A stretch of DNA of 64,000 nucleotides from Epiperipatus broadwayi (lineage: Eukaryota; Animalia; Onychophora): contig JAQFVV010000004.1 of assembly GCA_028023455.1 (NCBI GenBank), positions 16,740,001-16,804,000 of the forward strand, read 5' to 3'. Every line of letters starts with the position of its first letter. Position 1 is the stretch's first letter. Under the pieces are notes generated by a model. That model saw nothing but the letters and a program-made list of their open reading frames with translations, was not told the origin of the DNA and did not search any database. The translations under genes and the position numbers were made by a program. Of the stretch, positions 13,411-26,086 are shown piece after piece.

Positions 13411-13624
13411 TCACTTTTGAAAATGTTATCAAAGGATTTCTCAGCTGCTTCAGAATCCAAGATTTATGAATTACGCATTTATCCAATAAAACCAAAATAT
13501 GCCAAAACATTTAAAAAGTTCATTGAAGAAAAAATACACATTAGAGAACAAGTTTCAAAACTGTTTGGTTTTTGGTATACAGAAATGGGTGGGATTAATG
13601 AAGCTGTTCATATCTGGGAATTTG
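13411..13624 (+). CDS. NIPSNAP3: NIPSNAP3-like protein, coding exon (first NIPSNAP domain)
   Basis: IYELRIYPIKP...LFGFWYTEMGGINEAVHIWEF is a NIPSNAP signature. TTTCAG acceptor and G|GTAAGT donor, phase 1. An in-frame ATG lies at 13423. Confidence 0.92.
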
Positions 13625-13681
13625 GTAAGTGTTTACAAATAATTATACATAACATTTTATTTTACTATAGCTATCTTATCC

Positions 13682-13907
13682 CATATAATATTCAATTGAC
13701 CAAACATTTTTACTACTTTTACAATGCTTTATTATTCACCCTTTTCTGCACTTTACAGTTTTGATTGCCCCAGCAATCTTCTTCAGAACGTTATATCTCC
13801 CAATCACAACTGTTACAATCAAAATTTTGATTGTAAAGTGCAGAAAAGGGTGGATAATAAAGCATTGTAAAAGTAGTAAAAGTGTTTGGTCAATTGAATA
13901 TTATATG
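13682..13907. mobile_element. Hammerhead-carrying repeat family C: 76-bp inverted arms around a mutated HHR
   Basis: Arms 13682-13757 and 13832-13907 differ at 2 positions. The minus strand at 13749-13791 reads CTGAAGA-A-GATTGC-TGGG-GCAATC-AAAAC-T-GTA (G12 lost). Confidence 0.75.
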
Positions 13908-15575
13908 ATATACATTTGGCAATGCAATAGGAAACAGTAGTTATTATACTTCTAATTTATCCCATTTTAATTTTTATATGTATCTAATAAGATATGCTAA
14001 TAAATTCTCTGGTTTTTAAGTGCAATAATACAATGGAATTATACTCTGGAATTCAAGGTTCATGAATTGCAGCTCCAGCTCTATTATTCCTAGTGCTTAA
14101 ACTTACTATGAATTTTTGAGCAATAAGTCATTCAGTCATTGTTATTTTATTAATAAAAAAATATATAAGATTTGAATAGTATAGGCTTTTGAGGAATAGT
14201 GATTAGAATATCCTGCTGTTATATTTTATCTGGTTTCAAATCAGGGCCAGGTGAATCTTTGAAATTTTTTACTAGAAGGCTTAAGAATTTTTTTTAGATA
14301 GTCACATCATTTTAGCTAAACATTCAATATTGATCAGTAAATGGGTATTCTGTTATTATTAATTGTATAATAAAGAGTTAATAAATGCAAACCTTTAAAA
14401 TATAAAATACAATTGTAACACTCCTAACATTGTAAATACTCTTCTAACATTGATGTAGGAATATTGTACCCCTACAGGCACAAATAAATTATCTTAACCA
14501 TTAGAATGGAATATTATAAATTAAGAGTATGACTTATTTTTTATTGAGATTGAAGTATTACTTTACTAAAGTCAAACATGTGTATAAATAATTTAATATT
14601 GTAATTTAAATAATAAAATGTTCTATAAAGTTTAGTGCAGTGGTATAGTGATGGACCTAAAAACTAAAGATCTGTGGATTGCAGCCCAATTCTGCCATTT
14701 CCAATGCTCCATCATCATATGACCTCTTAAGTAGTACCTATTTTTTTCTCATTCTATTTGAACAATAACAATTGAAAGTTGAATAAGGATGCACTATATA
14801 TTAAAATAAAAATATAATGAATAGAGTGCTATTGTAGAAATGCTTTTTCATAAGAAAAATGGTATTTAATAGTGATATATTCTAATTATAGAAAGCATTA
14901 ATCTAAAAACTAGAAATAAATGACTTGATTTAAAAATATATATTATAAAAAAAATCAAAAGTATTAAATTGTTTTTATAAAATAGATTTAATTAATATAT
15001 CAATTTATAAACAATCAGATATTAATCTTATAAAATCGAATATATCAATCAAAAATTAAATAAGGAGAGCTATAAAAAGAGAGAGGAACAAATGGAAGGA
15101 ATCAGTGATAGCTACGAGAATACAACATTCTATTGGAATATCAAAAGTCAATATGCAATGTATTGGTCTGTAGCTCTAATCAAAAATTAAGTGAGGTATT
15201 CATGCAAACCTCATGCTTTATTTATGCATTCAAGCTAGTGAGGTTTTATAATGTTAAGTAATCAACTTTTGTAATTTTATACTAAATTAAATCTATTTAT
15301 TATATATTACTCTGTAAATATTTACATATTAAATCATTGGTAAAATTATAATTTGTTTCCTTTTTTTATTTAAATGATTTGCCTAGATATCATAGGAGCA
15401 TCTGAATTATGACTGTCTATACAAATACTCAGTGGCTAGTAATAGCAGGATGATCTAAAGAAGCTATTTGATATTTAATTTTGGCAAAAATATAGCTACA
15501 AACAATAAGTATACATACTTATTCTTTAAGGTCTTTAAAATTAAAGATAATGCAAGTAATTTATATATATATATT

Positions 15576-17400
15576 GTACCGATCACTTTGATCTTCTTTT
15601 CGATTACCGAGGGGGCCACTAGGTCACTAACTACCTAGAAAATTTAATTTACAGTGATCCAAAAGTTAATGATGATGAATAACACTATCATCTAGACCCA
15701 GGGATAGAAGGAGATCTTAAACATTGTTCAGACTATTGAGAAAAGAACACAGAGACAAACGTTAGCCAAAATAATTCTAAATAATTTCAAAGTTTATTAA
15801 ATTCACAAAAAAAAAAAAATCTCAGGCAAACAAAAATATAAAAGTTTGACTTAGATTTCTCTAGCAGATTTATCAGGGAGTGTACAAGAGTATGGTAACA
15901 TTAAACCCCATGGCAGATAAGTTTGTTTTCTCACCTAAGAATTAAAAAGGGATTTATAATGTCTTCCTGCTAGTAATTTATATAAACTAATTCCAGTTTC
16001 CTTATTTAGAGATTTCAAGACAAAGCAGTCTTGGTACAGAAGACAGCAAATCAGCATGGAGCAATCTTTTCCTACAACCTGGCAAAACCTTGGGAAATTA
16101 CAGGAGTGTCATTTGCCCACAAACTAGCCCATGAATGACCACATTCAAGATCATCACGATTGATTCCGATACAAGAAAAGAAAGGATTATGGTATTACAT
16201 AATCTGAAACATAAAAAAAACAATCTCCACAAAGGAAAAAAGAACGATACATTTGATAGACTGCTAGCCAAAAGATTTACGGTCTGCAGAAAATGCAAAC
16301 CAAGCTTAATTAAACTAATTATGATGAAAAAGGGATAGGTGAGTTAAAAGAAAATTACTAATATTTGCCCAAGTGTTTATCAAAGGTTAGTAATATAAAA
16401 ATAAAGAAAAACACAAAGTATATAAAATAGAAATTCACAATATACTCTCGGATAAATAATTTAAAAATTTGAAATCTTAAAACTAAGACTCCAATACATA
16501 CTATAAATAAAATACATAGTAAAATAATTAAAGATATTTAAATAACTACGCAAAACATATTATAGAGACAGGTTTCTTTCTAGATTAAGCTGAGACTTTT
16601 AACATAGAGATTTAACTAGAGATTTAAGCCCTAGTTTCAATATACAAAAGTTCAGTTACCTTTCAGGCTTTAGAGTTATTCCAGTGGGATACACAAACTT
16701 CAGATTTATATATGGTTCCTTATGAAGGTTTTGATTTATTTATATGTTTGGGAGTTTGGAGGCAATCTTTGGATCAGTTCTGAACTAGGCAATTAGGTCA
16801 TGTTCTAGTTCCGGGGTTCATCTTTGGGTTGATTTAGTACTACATGTTAAGATTTCTCATTGTGTATATTTTTGGAATTCTGTAGGGATGGTCACTATCT
16901 TCAATGTTGTAGCATATTCACTTCTTGGATTAGCAAGTAGTAAGTAATTATTTCTTAGCCCAGCAAGAAGTGAATACTATTAGAAAAATTGATTAGAAGT
17001 CAGTAAAAGAAATCTAACTTCAGCAGTCCACACATTAGCAATTCGCATTGAGCAATTAGAACACAATCCAAATAATAGTCACAATAAGGCCAAATAATAA
17101 TGAGAAGCAGAATCCTCATAAGTGGAATAATAATAATCAGCAGAATAATGATAAGTCAAAAACCCAGGGCTATTTATGTGAACTATTATCTCCTGCATAA
17201 TTTTAATTAAATGTTTTGACCAGGGTAAATATCTATCTCCCATTTAATCTTAATTAAAAAATAATATCTGACCAGGGTTCTTATCTTATTCAAAATTTAA
17301 AAATAAATGAGAAAATAAGTCTCAGCTTCTAAAAGTAAATTAAAATCAACAAAATAAGAAGAAACTTTGCTTGCTTTTAATTACGGTAATGAAGGGGGGA
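15576..17400. mobile_element. Unresolved retroelement relic (LTR/gag-like)
   Basis: Block with a compositional shift starting TGTACC after a (TA)n tract. A coiled-coil gag-like fragment TSAVHTLAIRIEQLEH lies near 17020-17070. Confidence 0.3.
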
Positions 17401-17820
17401 AAAACAAGTATCAAAAGAAAATTATTTAAACTAAAACCTATTGAAATAAAATCACATAATTTAAAAATATAAACGAGTATGTGTGTTATTGCACATATTC
17501 TTAATACATAAAAAAAAACATACAAAACTTTAAAATACTTTTCTTTTAAAAACTTTATAAATATAAATGTTAGTTTTAATTTTGCGATGGTATTTTTGGA
17601 GTGGATAAAGTATCCAGTTCAATATAAATATAAAACCTTCAGCCATAATTAAATCAAAATGAGAGAGTTCAAAAATTAAATGCGATGTGTAAATTCAAAT
17701 AGTAAAATTTCTAAGGCAAAAGTTAATAAATATTTAAAACAAAAAAAATCTATTAAAGATACATTATAATATTAATATCATTTATGTTCTTTAATAGTTT
17801 TTATAATGCTTTTTATAACC

Positions 17821-17863
17821 CACTAGACAGTTTCAATTGCCCCAGCAATCTTCTTCAGAACTA
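17821..17863 (-). ncRNA. Minimal hammerhead ribozyme (family C), core intact, weak stem I
   Basis: CTGAAGA-A-GATTGC-TGGG-GCAATT-GAAAC-T-GTC. The flank at 17781-17820 is related to the 13.7-kb copy. Confidence 0.65.
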
Positions 17864-18703
17864 TAACAAATACAATACAAATATATAAATACAAATATAC
17901 ATGAACATATAATTTTATATTATATATATTCTATCGTATAATCATTTATATACCCACATATATTTTTGTATATCTCTCTATATAATTATTACCTTTTATA
18001 TATTACACATTTTTATCTTTTTTATATTCTATATTTACTAATCAATACTTCATATAATCATATATATATAATTTTTATTTCATTTATTTTTATTTTCATA
18101 TAAAATTAATATTTTACATTATTATTCATTATACTAACATTCAATATGCATGATTTTCTTTAACCTATAATATTATTTTTTTAACATATTTTTTATACCT
18201 ACCTTCTATTTATATTCTCAAATCTTTACTGCTATCAATTCAAACTTTTAAATTTTACAGTTATATTTAATAGCTCACCCTTTCTATTTTTTTATATAAT
18301 TAAATCTTTTTTTTATGTCAAATTTTTTTTCAGGCCCAAATTTCTATTTAATACTGACTTAAAAAGTAATGAAGAACTTAAATGATATTAATATTATATG
18401 GATTTGACAATACTTCATAAAAAAAAGATAAATTAATATATAATGGAATAAAAACATGACTGTTGTCAAATGAAAAGAGTTTGTTTAATCCAATCAAAGT
18501 CATAATGTATTGTTTGCAAACAGTGGTTTGTTTGAATACATTTTATATGAGCCTAAATAATAATTCTGATTTTAAAAGATTTGTGCCAAGAAACAGAATA
18601 TACTTGAAGTTTGGTGAATATGAGTCACTTCAAGTAATTGGTTTAAAAGAAAAAATCATAAGTGCAGCATAAGATTAGAACCAAAAAAGTAACTTAAACA
18701 TTG

Positions 18704-19134
18704 ATAAACAGAGCAAAACTCTCCATACAGTAGTGCCACCATGTGCCAAACAGAGTAATCAATGTATGCCAGAAGGCTTGTGCATAAAATCCCTATCTAA
18801 TGCCTACTCATCCAATATCCCCAGACTAGTTTCTGGCTTGTGGCCTTCATCACTGAGGAGCTTTGGATCTGAGAGCACTGCATCTAGATCTTAGGATCTA
18901 ATGCAACCCTCTAGCAACCACCTTTTATCTCAACTACAAAACTATGAAAATGAAATTGAAAACACAAAAAATATTTTCAATCTAAGCTCAATAGCTTATA
19001 TAGTCATATGGGTCTGAACTCAGTTCAGCACACTAAGCATCACATGATCACAGGTGGCAATACTGTATGGAGAGTTTTGCTCTGTTTATCAACAATTAAT
19101 GTGCTAGTATAGGAGATGTGATCATGTGATGCTT
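18704..19134. mobile_element. Family A copy 2 (HHR on minus strand at 18819-18858, C3G core mutation)
   Basis: Family A sequence with inverted end segments. The 16-bp TSD AGTAACTTAAACATTG is at 18688-18703 and 19135-19150. Confidence 0.85.
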
Positions 19135-19454
19135 AGTAACTTAAACATTGTTTGAAAAATGTATTTTTACTAGAAGTAATCAATATTTTTATGTACTTAT
19201 TTAACAGATGATACCTTTAATAATAAAAAACAAAAGTAAAGATGATTAATTCAATGCCTACTGAACTTATGATCCAGGGTATATCATATTACTATCAAAT
19301 ATTTTGTTTTTAGAGATGTTGACAGTCTTGTGCCTAACTCATATTAATATTAGACTGTTTTAATTTAACTGACAATAGCTAAATGACTATTTTCAGATCG
19401 ATATTAAATGGTTAACTGTGTTGATATAGGTCAGTTAGCTGAAAGAAAAATCCT

Positions 19455-19555
19455 AAGCCTCCTTGTGACATGAAAAAATTTCATGATTCCTCCAGCCTGG
19501 ATTCAAATCCAAAATCATGGCATGACAAAATGAGTTGCCACTATATCACAAGACT
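19455..19555 (-). mobile_element. Degenerate tRNA-headed SINE of a second type
   Basis: The minus strand reads GTGATATAGTGG (A-box) ... GGATTTGAATCC (B-box-like). Confidence 0.35.
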
Positions 19556-19961
19556 TTCAAATACTATACAATCATCAATGTTTTTTTAAGAAAAATGGTA
19601 TTAATGAATTTTAGGTTATTTTATTAATTGTATTTATTTTAGAGACTAGAAAAATGTTAATACATAAATTAATCATTGAGTGAATTTGTATAGAAATTCT
19701 ATGTTATATTTGCTATTAATAAACCAGTATAAGTATATTTTTTTGTATAATAAATGCAGTCAACAAGAGCAGTTTTCTTTGGTAATTTTTTTGTAATGTA
19801 CTTATTTTCATTTCTGACATTAAACGTATTCATTTTGCTATGGCTTTTTAAAAATTAAAAAGTATAAAATAATAAATTAATTTTTCAAATAAAAATTAAT
19901 AATCATAAGCATATTCAGAATACAAGAAAAATTAATAATTTTCTACTTTTTTATTTGGTAG

Positions 19962-20117
19962 ATAATATAGCACATCGAACAAAAGTTCGTAGTGAACTTG
20001 TAAACAACCATGAATGGCAAGCAGTTATGGATAAAGCTACCTCAATGTGGACAAGTCAAACTAATCTTATTATGACAAAATTACCAGAGTTTGAAATTAA
20101 TTATCCTTTGATAAATG
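19962..20117 (+). CDS. NIPSNAP3: NIPSNAP3-like coding exon (156 nt, phase 1-1), followed by a GC donor
   Basis: (D)NIAHRTKVRSELVNNHEWQ matches the NIPSNAP DNFAHRTEVR..EWQ motif. TAG acceptor and ATG|GCAAGT donor. Confidence 0.92.
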
Positions 20118-20346
20118 GCAAGTCTTTTTCTTTCTCTCTTTTTTTTATATCTACAGCTAAGTAACATTTTAATTAAATGTTGTGCATTATATCAGCATTT
20201 CTCAACCTTTGGGTCATGTTAAATTTTTAATGGGTCGCGAATATGCACCAAGAAATAAAAACATAAATATCTGATAGCAAAAATCTTTTTACATTTTAAG
20301 AAAATATTAGTATTCATAAAAAAAATTAGTAAGTAATATTGTCTAT

Positions 20347-20440
20347 GCATTGTTGGTCGAGAGGTCAGTGACAGCTGCTTTAGAAGCAGTTGTCCCGGGT
20401 TCGCTTCCCGGCTGATGCTATGACACATGAGAAAAAAAAA
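20347..20440 (+). mobile_element. tRNA-Gly-derived SINE with a near-complete cloverleaf and TAG anticodon
   Basis: The D, anticodon and T stems all pair. The T-loop is TTCGCTT, and a TATGACACATG(A)n tail follows. Confidence 0.75.
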
Positions 20441-20666
20441 TTGTAAATTTGAACTTAAATAATCATAATGTTAAATTTCGCGATTATTTTCGAAATATAA
20501 TTGTTCAAAAAATTGTAATTTTTGCTTGTATTTCATATACTGTATAAATAAAACCTTATTTGAAAAGAACATATTTTTTTTTGGTAATTAACAAAATGTG
20601 TTAAGCTTTTAAATTAAAAATATGTAGTTTAACTTTAACTCAACTTTTAACTTACAAATTATTTGT

Positions 20667-20759
20667 CAAGCGTTGGTGGTCGAGGGATCATCACAGCTGC
20701 CTTACAAGCAGTTGTCCCGGGTTCGCTTCCCAACCGATGCTTTGACACACACAAAAAAA
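20667..20759 (+). mobile_element. tRNA-Gly-derived SINE (TAC anticodon) with TSD
   Basis: GCGTTGGTGG 5' end as in tRNA-Gly-TCC. The 18-bp TSD AACTTACAAATTATTTGT is at 20649-20666 and 20760-20777. Confidence 0.88.
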
Positions 20760-21395
20760 AACTTACAAATTATTTGTTCATTATAAATATTATCAAATTG
20801 ATCTGAATATATATAGTACCGTGCTGAGGTAATATCTTTTATTTTATATTATAATTTATGTAATAAACATTTGGGTCGCAGAACTATTTCAATGAAGTCT
20901 ATTGGGTTGCGCTGCAAAAAGGTTGAGAAATGCTACATTATATGATTAATTACATAAAAATAGATAATATAACAGATATGTTAATATATAGATATACAAT
21001 AATAGGTCTAAGTAGTTTGAGTTATATTTTGTATACATTTTCTGTTTATTTTTTCCATGTTTTAAATTTATATCTTTTTTTGAATTCACATTAAAAAAGA
21101 AATAACTATACAATCCATTTTGTTATTGCTATATATATATATTGATAAAATAAATACAGTAATACTCAATAAGATTATTAGACAAAAAATTGCTGTTTAT
21201 TTCAAAATTTAATTTATTTGGGTTTTTTTTTCATTTATGTTTCTTCCCCATTTTTTCATTTAACTTTCTAACCCCCCCCCCTTTATTGTTTTTTTTTCTA
21301 TTTGTTTTATTTGTTCTCAGATTTTTTCTTCCCATTCTTTTTCACTTAATCTTCTATGCCTTTTTTTTTATTATTGTTTTTTGTTTTATTTGTTC

Positions 21396-24118
21396 TCAAT
21401 TTTTTTCTTTAATATTTTTAATCATTTTTTTTTCTTTTTCAATTTGATAATCTTCATCGGCTTTCATCAAGCTAGCTACTCTTTTACTATTAAGAATTTC
21501 TGATTCTAACATGTCAATATAATTAATGTCTGTCTTCCTACTGCTTGGTTCTTCTTTATCTGGGATCTGGTGCAAATGTGTTGGCATGAGAGATCTCTTT
21601 GCTCTTCTTATATTCTAATTTGTAGTTGTAAGATGACAATATTTCTCCAATGCATCATGTGTGGGTTTCATGACCAAGAATTCCTAGTGGTGGCTTGAGG
21701 TTTATTATTATTTGAAATGCTCTGCCGAATATATATTGATGAAATTTTTTCAGAGTGAAAATAATAGCTAAAGCCTCTTTATCGATCTGATTATAATTTC
21801 TCTTTGTTTTTGAGAGTGTATGCAATGCATATGCAATGGAGCATTTCCCCATATAACATGGATGAGAGAGTACAGTACCCACCCCCATTCCAAAAACATC
21901 AGTAATTAAACACCCTTCTAAATTAGTATTAAAGTGTACTAACAATTTGTCATTTGACAATAAAACTTTCATTTTCCTGAATGCTTCATCACGAATTTTT
22001 AACCTCTGCCACTTTTGATCTTTTCTCAATAAGTCATACAATGGTTTTGCTTCATGTACTTTATTCACCAAAAAGATTCAAGAAAATTTATCAATCCTAA
22101 ATATGTCTGCAATTGTTTAACATTTATAGGTTTTGATGCATTGTGCACTACTCTTACTTTTTGGGTGCTGGGTTCCCCCCCCCCCCCATCAGAAATTATG
22201 TGACTTAGAAAACCCAACTCTTTTGTATGCCATACATTTTTTTGGTTGTTTAGATTTGCTCCAAATCTATTTAATTTCTCATGTATTGTGAACAGTCTTT
22301 TCTGCAGCATGTTTTGAATTTGTTGTAATAAATATGTCATCAAAGTAGGGGATGATCCCCTCTAGGCCCTGTAGCAATGCATTAAATTTTGCTTGAAAAA
22401 TGTTAGGGGCTGTCAATATGCCAAAAAGTAAATGGTTACATTTAAATAATTCCATTGGAGTTGTCACAGCTAATATTTCAGTTTTTTTCATCACCTGTAT
22501 CTGGTAGAATGTGGAATTCAAATCCAACTTCATGAAATGTGAAACATTTTGAAGACTGGCCAATACTTCCCTCACATTTGGACCAGGGTAGTATGCTTCC
22601 CTGTTTAGATATTTGTTTACCATTAGTCTGTAATTGCTGCATAATCTAATTTTGCTGACTGACCTAGTTATCACTACTAGAGGCATGGCCCAATCTGATG
22701 TTTCAATTGGCATTAATATGCCCTTAGTGACCAAGGGATTTTAGTTTTTCTATCACTTTCTCTTTTTGAGTGAACAGGATTTTATGAGGTTTACATATGA
22801 CCAGTCATACATTTTCCAGTAATTCTATATCATCCGAGTTTGTAGTACTTAAACCCAGTTTTCCATTAAATAAATTTGGGCATTTGTATAATATTTCCTG
22901 TTCAAGAGAGATTTTTTTTATAATATTGATTTCCCTATTGACGATGGGGCTGATCTTCCTTTTTACAATGTATAGAGGTAAATATATTTTTATACCCTGA
23001 TGGTTGAGAGGCCCTGTTACATGGCCTAAAAGTCTTAGTGCATTTCTATCATGCACTCTAATATTAATTTTCTCTAATTCACTTTCAGCATTAGCTGCTG
23101 ACAATGACATCCAGTCTGTTAGTGACATGAGGAAAATATCTGACCCACTATCAATTTCCATCCACAATTCTTTTCCATACAGTACTAACTTAATTATTAA
23201 TGGATTTAACCCTTGGACATTCATGTTTTTGATCCATGTGGGTACCTCCCCTATTTTCTTGCATTGGTAATTTATTTTTAACATTATTATTACCTTCTTG
23301 ATTACACATATGCATTAGATGATTCTTTTTGCCACATTTAAAACATGTTTCTTTGAGACACCTGCATTCTTTTGTCATGTGATCCCTCTTCTCGCAGCAA
23401 AAACACATTACATTAGAATTCTTACTGCAATCAGTTTTTCCACAGTATAGTACCCTCCTTTTCTGTCTTAAATATTACCATCTTAATGTTTTACTCAGAT
23501 TTAGTTCTAAAAACCTGAGCCTGTTCAAGAATTAATTCATACACTATGACTTTTTTAATGGCCATTTCATACATATATCCAACTCTGACAGTAATTGTTG
23601 TCTGAGCCTATCATTTGATATCCCCCATAATAATTGATCCATGACAATTTCATCAATGAAATTCCCATAACCACAATCTTTTGCTAATTCCCTTAGAGCC
23701 AAGTTATACTCTTTCATTTTCCCTCATTAAACTGCTTCCTTTTTCACAAAGTTAAGCAAGCTATATGATGGGATGGAGGATGACTAAAATGATCGCTTAA
23801 TTTCTTTATTAATTTGTACTTAAGACCTCTATTACTTTTTTGCCAGCTAAACACATAAGTGACACTATTTTCCATTTATTATCTTTGATACTGTTAAATG
23901 TAAAAAAATTCTCTATCTGCATTATATATAATGGCCATTCAGATGCATTATTAACCTCGAATTCTGTTAAGCTACTTTGACCAAATGAATTCATTTTACT
24001 GACTACTTTTAACTGTCCAACTACTAACTTCCATCAGGCTGCCACTAACTTACTTATGATTTTCACTCTCTACTTTTTGCCTAAGTTCAAACAACTGTGC
24101 CACTAATTTATTGTGTCC
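21396..24118 (-). mobile_element. Degenerate Gypsy/Ty3 (Mag-like) LTR retrotransposon, 3'-truncated: gag-CCHC, protease, RT, RNase H; 5' LTR continues beyond 24118
   Basis: ORF fragments include the CCHC knuckles CEKRDH/CFKCGKKNH, protease EIDSGS, RT KLDLNSTFYQI...YFDD and RNase H TDVFG...EALAIIF. The primer-binding site (PBS) TGGCACAGTTG is at 24092-24102. Confidence 0.92.
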
Positions 24119-25098
24119 ATGATCATGATTGGGTGACCAGCAGACCTGTACACCATTGAGTTAACAAACAATGTGCGTTAGTATTAAATGATTTATTAGC
24201 AATTGAAACAGTTAAATAATTAAATCTTCTATACACATATAGGGCTGCAACTTATGTTGGCCTAACGCATCAGGTTAAATAATAAATAAACAATGAAATA
24301 GAATGTTCATACATTATGTAAAGGAATGGTGTACTTTACCTTCACTATACAGACTATGCTTTTACACACACAAAAAAATAAAACTCTCAGCAAACCTCTT
24401 GAGGCATTTCACATATAATAATAAGATCAGGATGGTTTGCTAAAATCCTAATCGGCTTGGTCACCTATAGGAACCAATTTTCTGAGAATGCAGTCCACCA
24501 ATGATGATCTTCACTGTGATGATGCTTAGGGATTCATCCCACAGGCAGCTCTAAAAAGACAACTAGTCTTTTTCCACTAACTTTTTATTCACCCCACATC
24601 TATTGTTATTTTATCTTCTCTTTTCCTCCCTTTCTTTTCTGGAGTACTTAATTTTATTTATCCACTTAATCCAGGGGGGATGTTCTTCTTTTGCCTTTTA
24701 TTTTTTAGTTCTGCTTGAACATTTTAACCATTATTAAAATTAGAGTTTCATTATCTACCTGTAAATCAATAATTATTGTGCAAGACATTAAATCTGCCCT
24801 TAAGAAAAATTTGAGAAATCAAGATTACAGTACTATTATAAATTCAGTATTTATGAATTTAAAAGATCCTGGTATATTTCCCATGCTGGTTCTGCCACTG
24901 ACCAAACCAGCAAATTTGAAAAAGAAAGTATAATAATACCATTTGAAAGGTTTTATTATATACTGACCTCTGTGCTATTACTAACAGTTGACAGTAGGTT
25001 GAAAAGTATAAATAAACGAATTTTTCTAAAAGCATTTACATGATGGAAATAGATCAGTATATAATCGCTAATGAAAAACTTGGTTTATTTTATTTTAG

Positions 25099-25254
25099 GT
25101 GTTTATGATTTAAGAATATCACAGATGCAAGGTTTCCCTAAAGAAGGACTTGAACTTAGCACTGCTTCTTTAAAGATAGAAAAAGAAATAATGGTTCGAA
25201 ATGGAGTCATATTAATTGGTGCATTTGCAACTTTGTGGGGTCCACAGAATTCAA
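25099..25254 (+). CDS. NIPSNAP3: NIPSNAP3-like coding exon (156 nt, phase 1-1; start of second domain)
   Basis: GVYDLRISQMQ...GVILIGAFATLWGPQNS. TTTTAG acceptor and A|GTTAGT donor, in frame with the flanking exons. Confidence 0.85.
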
Positions 25255-25403
25255 GTTAGTAAATAAAACTACACAATTAAATTTTATTGTTATACATGAA
25301 TTGGTGTTTGGATGTGTGTGTGTATATATATATCTGCTTATTGTTTTTGAATAGAAAATTTCCATGTATGTAATTTTCCTTTAATTAATCTATATATTCT
25401 ACA

Positions 25404-25510
25404 TTTTTTTTTGCATATGTCATAGCTTCGGCCAGGATGCGAACCCACAACTGTCTGCAACCAACTACTTTCTTGCAAGGCGGTTGCGATGACCTCTCTG
25501 CTAACAACGC
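25404..25510 (-). mobile_element. tRNA-Gly-derived SINE, long subfamily
   Basis: GCGTTG 5' end, GGGTTCG B-box, the same insert as 5642-5744, and an A tail. Confidence 0.8.
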
Positions 25511-26086
25511 TTTGTTTAAAAAAAGAATCTCTTTGAAAGAGAATTACTGTCTTTCTTTTAATTATTTAAGCTTAAAGCACAAATTAATACATTTAAATAC
25601 AAATTAAAAAATATTTTATATTAATTCTATTTTTTGAAACATATATATGCCCACATATTTTGAAAACAATGCCATGATTTACATGGATTTCAATGAATAA
25701 TAATCACTTAATGGTTTTTATTTATAATTTTTGTTTCCTGGTATTGTTGTTTTTCCACATATTTCAATTTTGTTTTCCACTCCCCTCAAAATTGATGTCA
25801 ATGATTTAATATATATATATATAAGAAATTCAATTTATGTTTTAGATATTTTTAAAAATTATACATAATTTAAAATAGCAATATTTAACATTTTCTGTAG
25901 CGTATTCTCAAATATAATTTCTAAAACACCCCCAAGATTATTGGTACATAATTTTTGTTTACACATAAATAAATATTTTAAAAATACTTTTTTCAAGTAT
26001 AATTTGCTAGTAACACTAAAGTATTCATGACTTATATCCATGTCTACATTGAATGTTATCACTGATAATATTTAATGTCATTAATA

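Noticed and set aside
13625-13764. Continuation of ORF 13396-13764 past the exon
   Set aside because: NIPSNAP similarity stops at a perfect GTAAGT donor. The remainder is intron and family C repeat.
20347-20419. Functional tRNA-Leu(TAG) gene
   Set aside because: It has a Gly-type body without the long variable arm, A58 is missing, and it shares a SINE tail with six other copies.
21190-21447. 85-aa Phe-rich ORF resembling a membrane protein
   Set aside because: It is a T-rich low-complexity tract.
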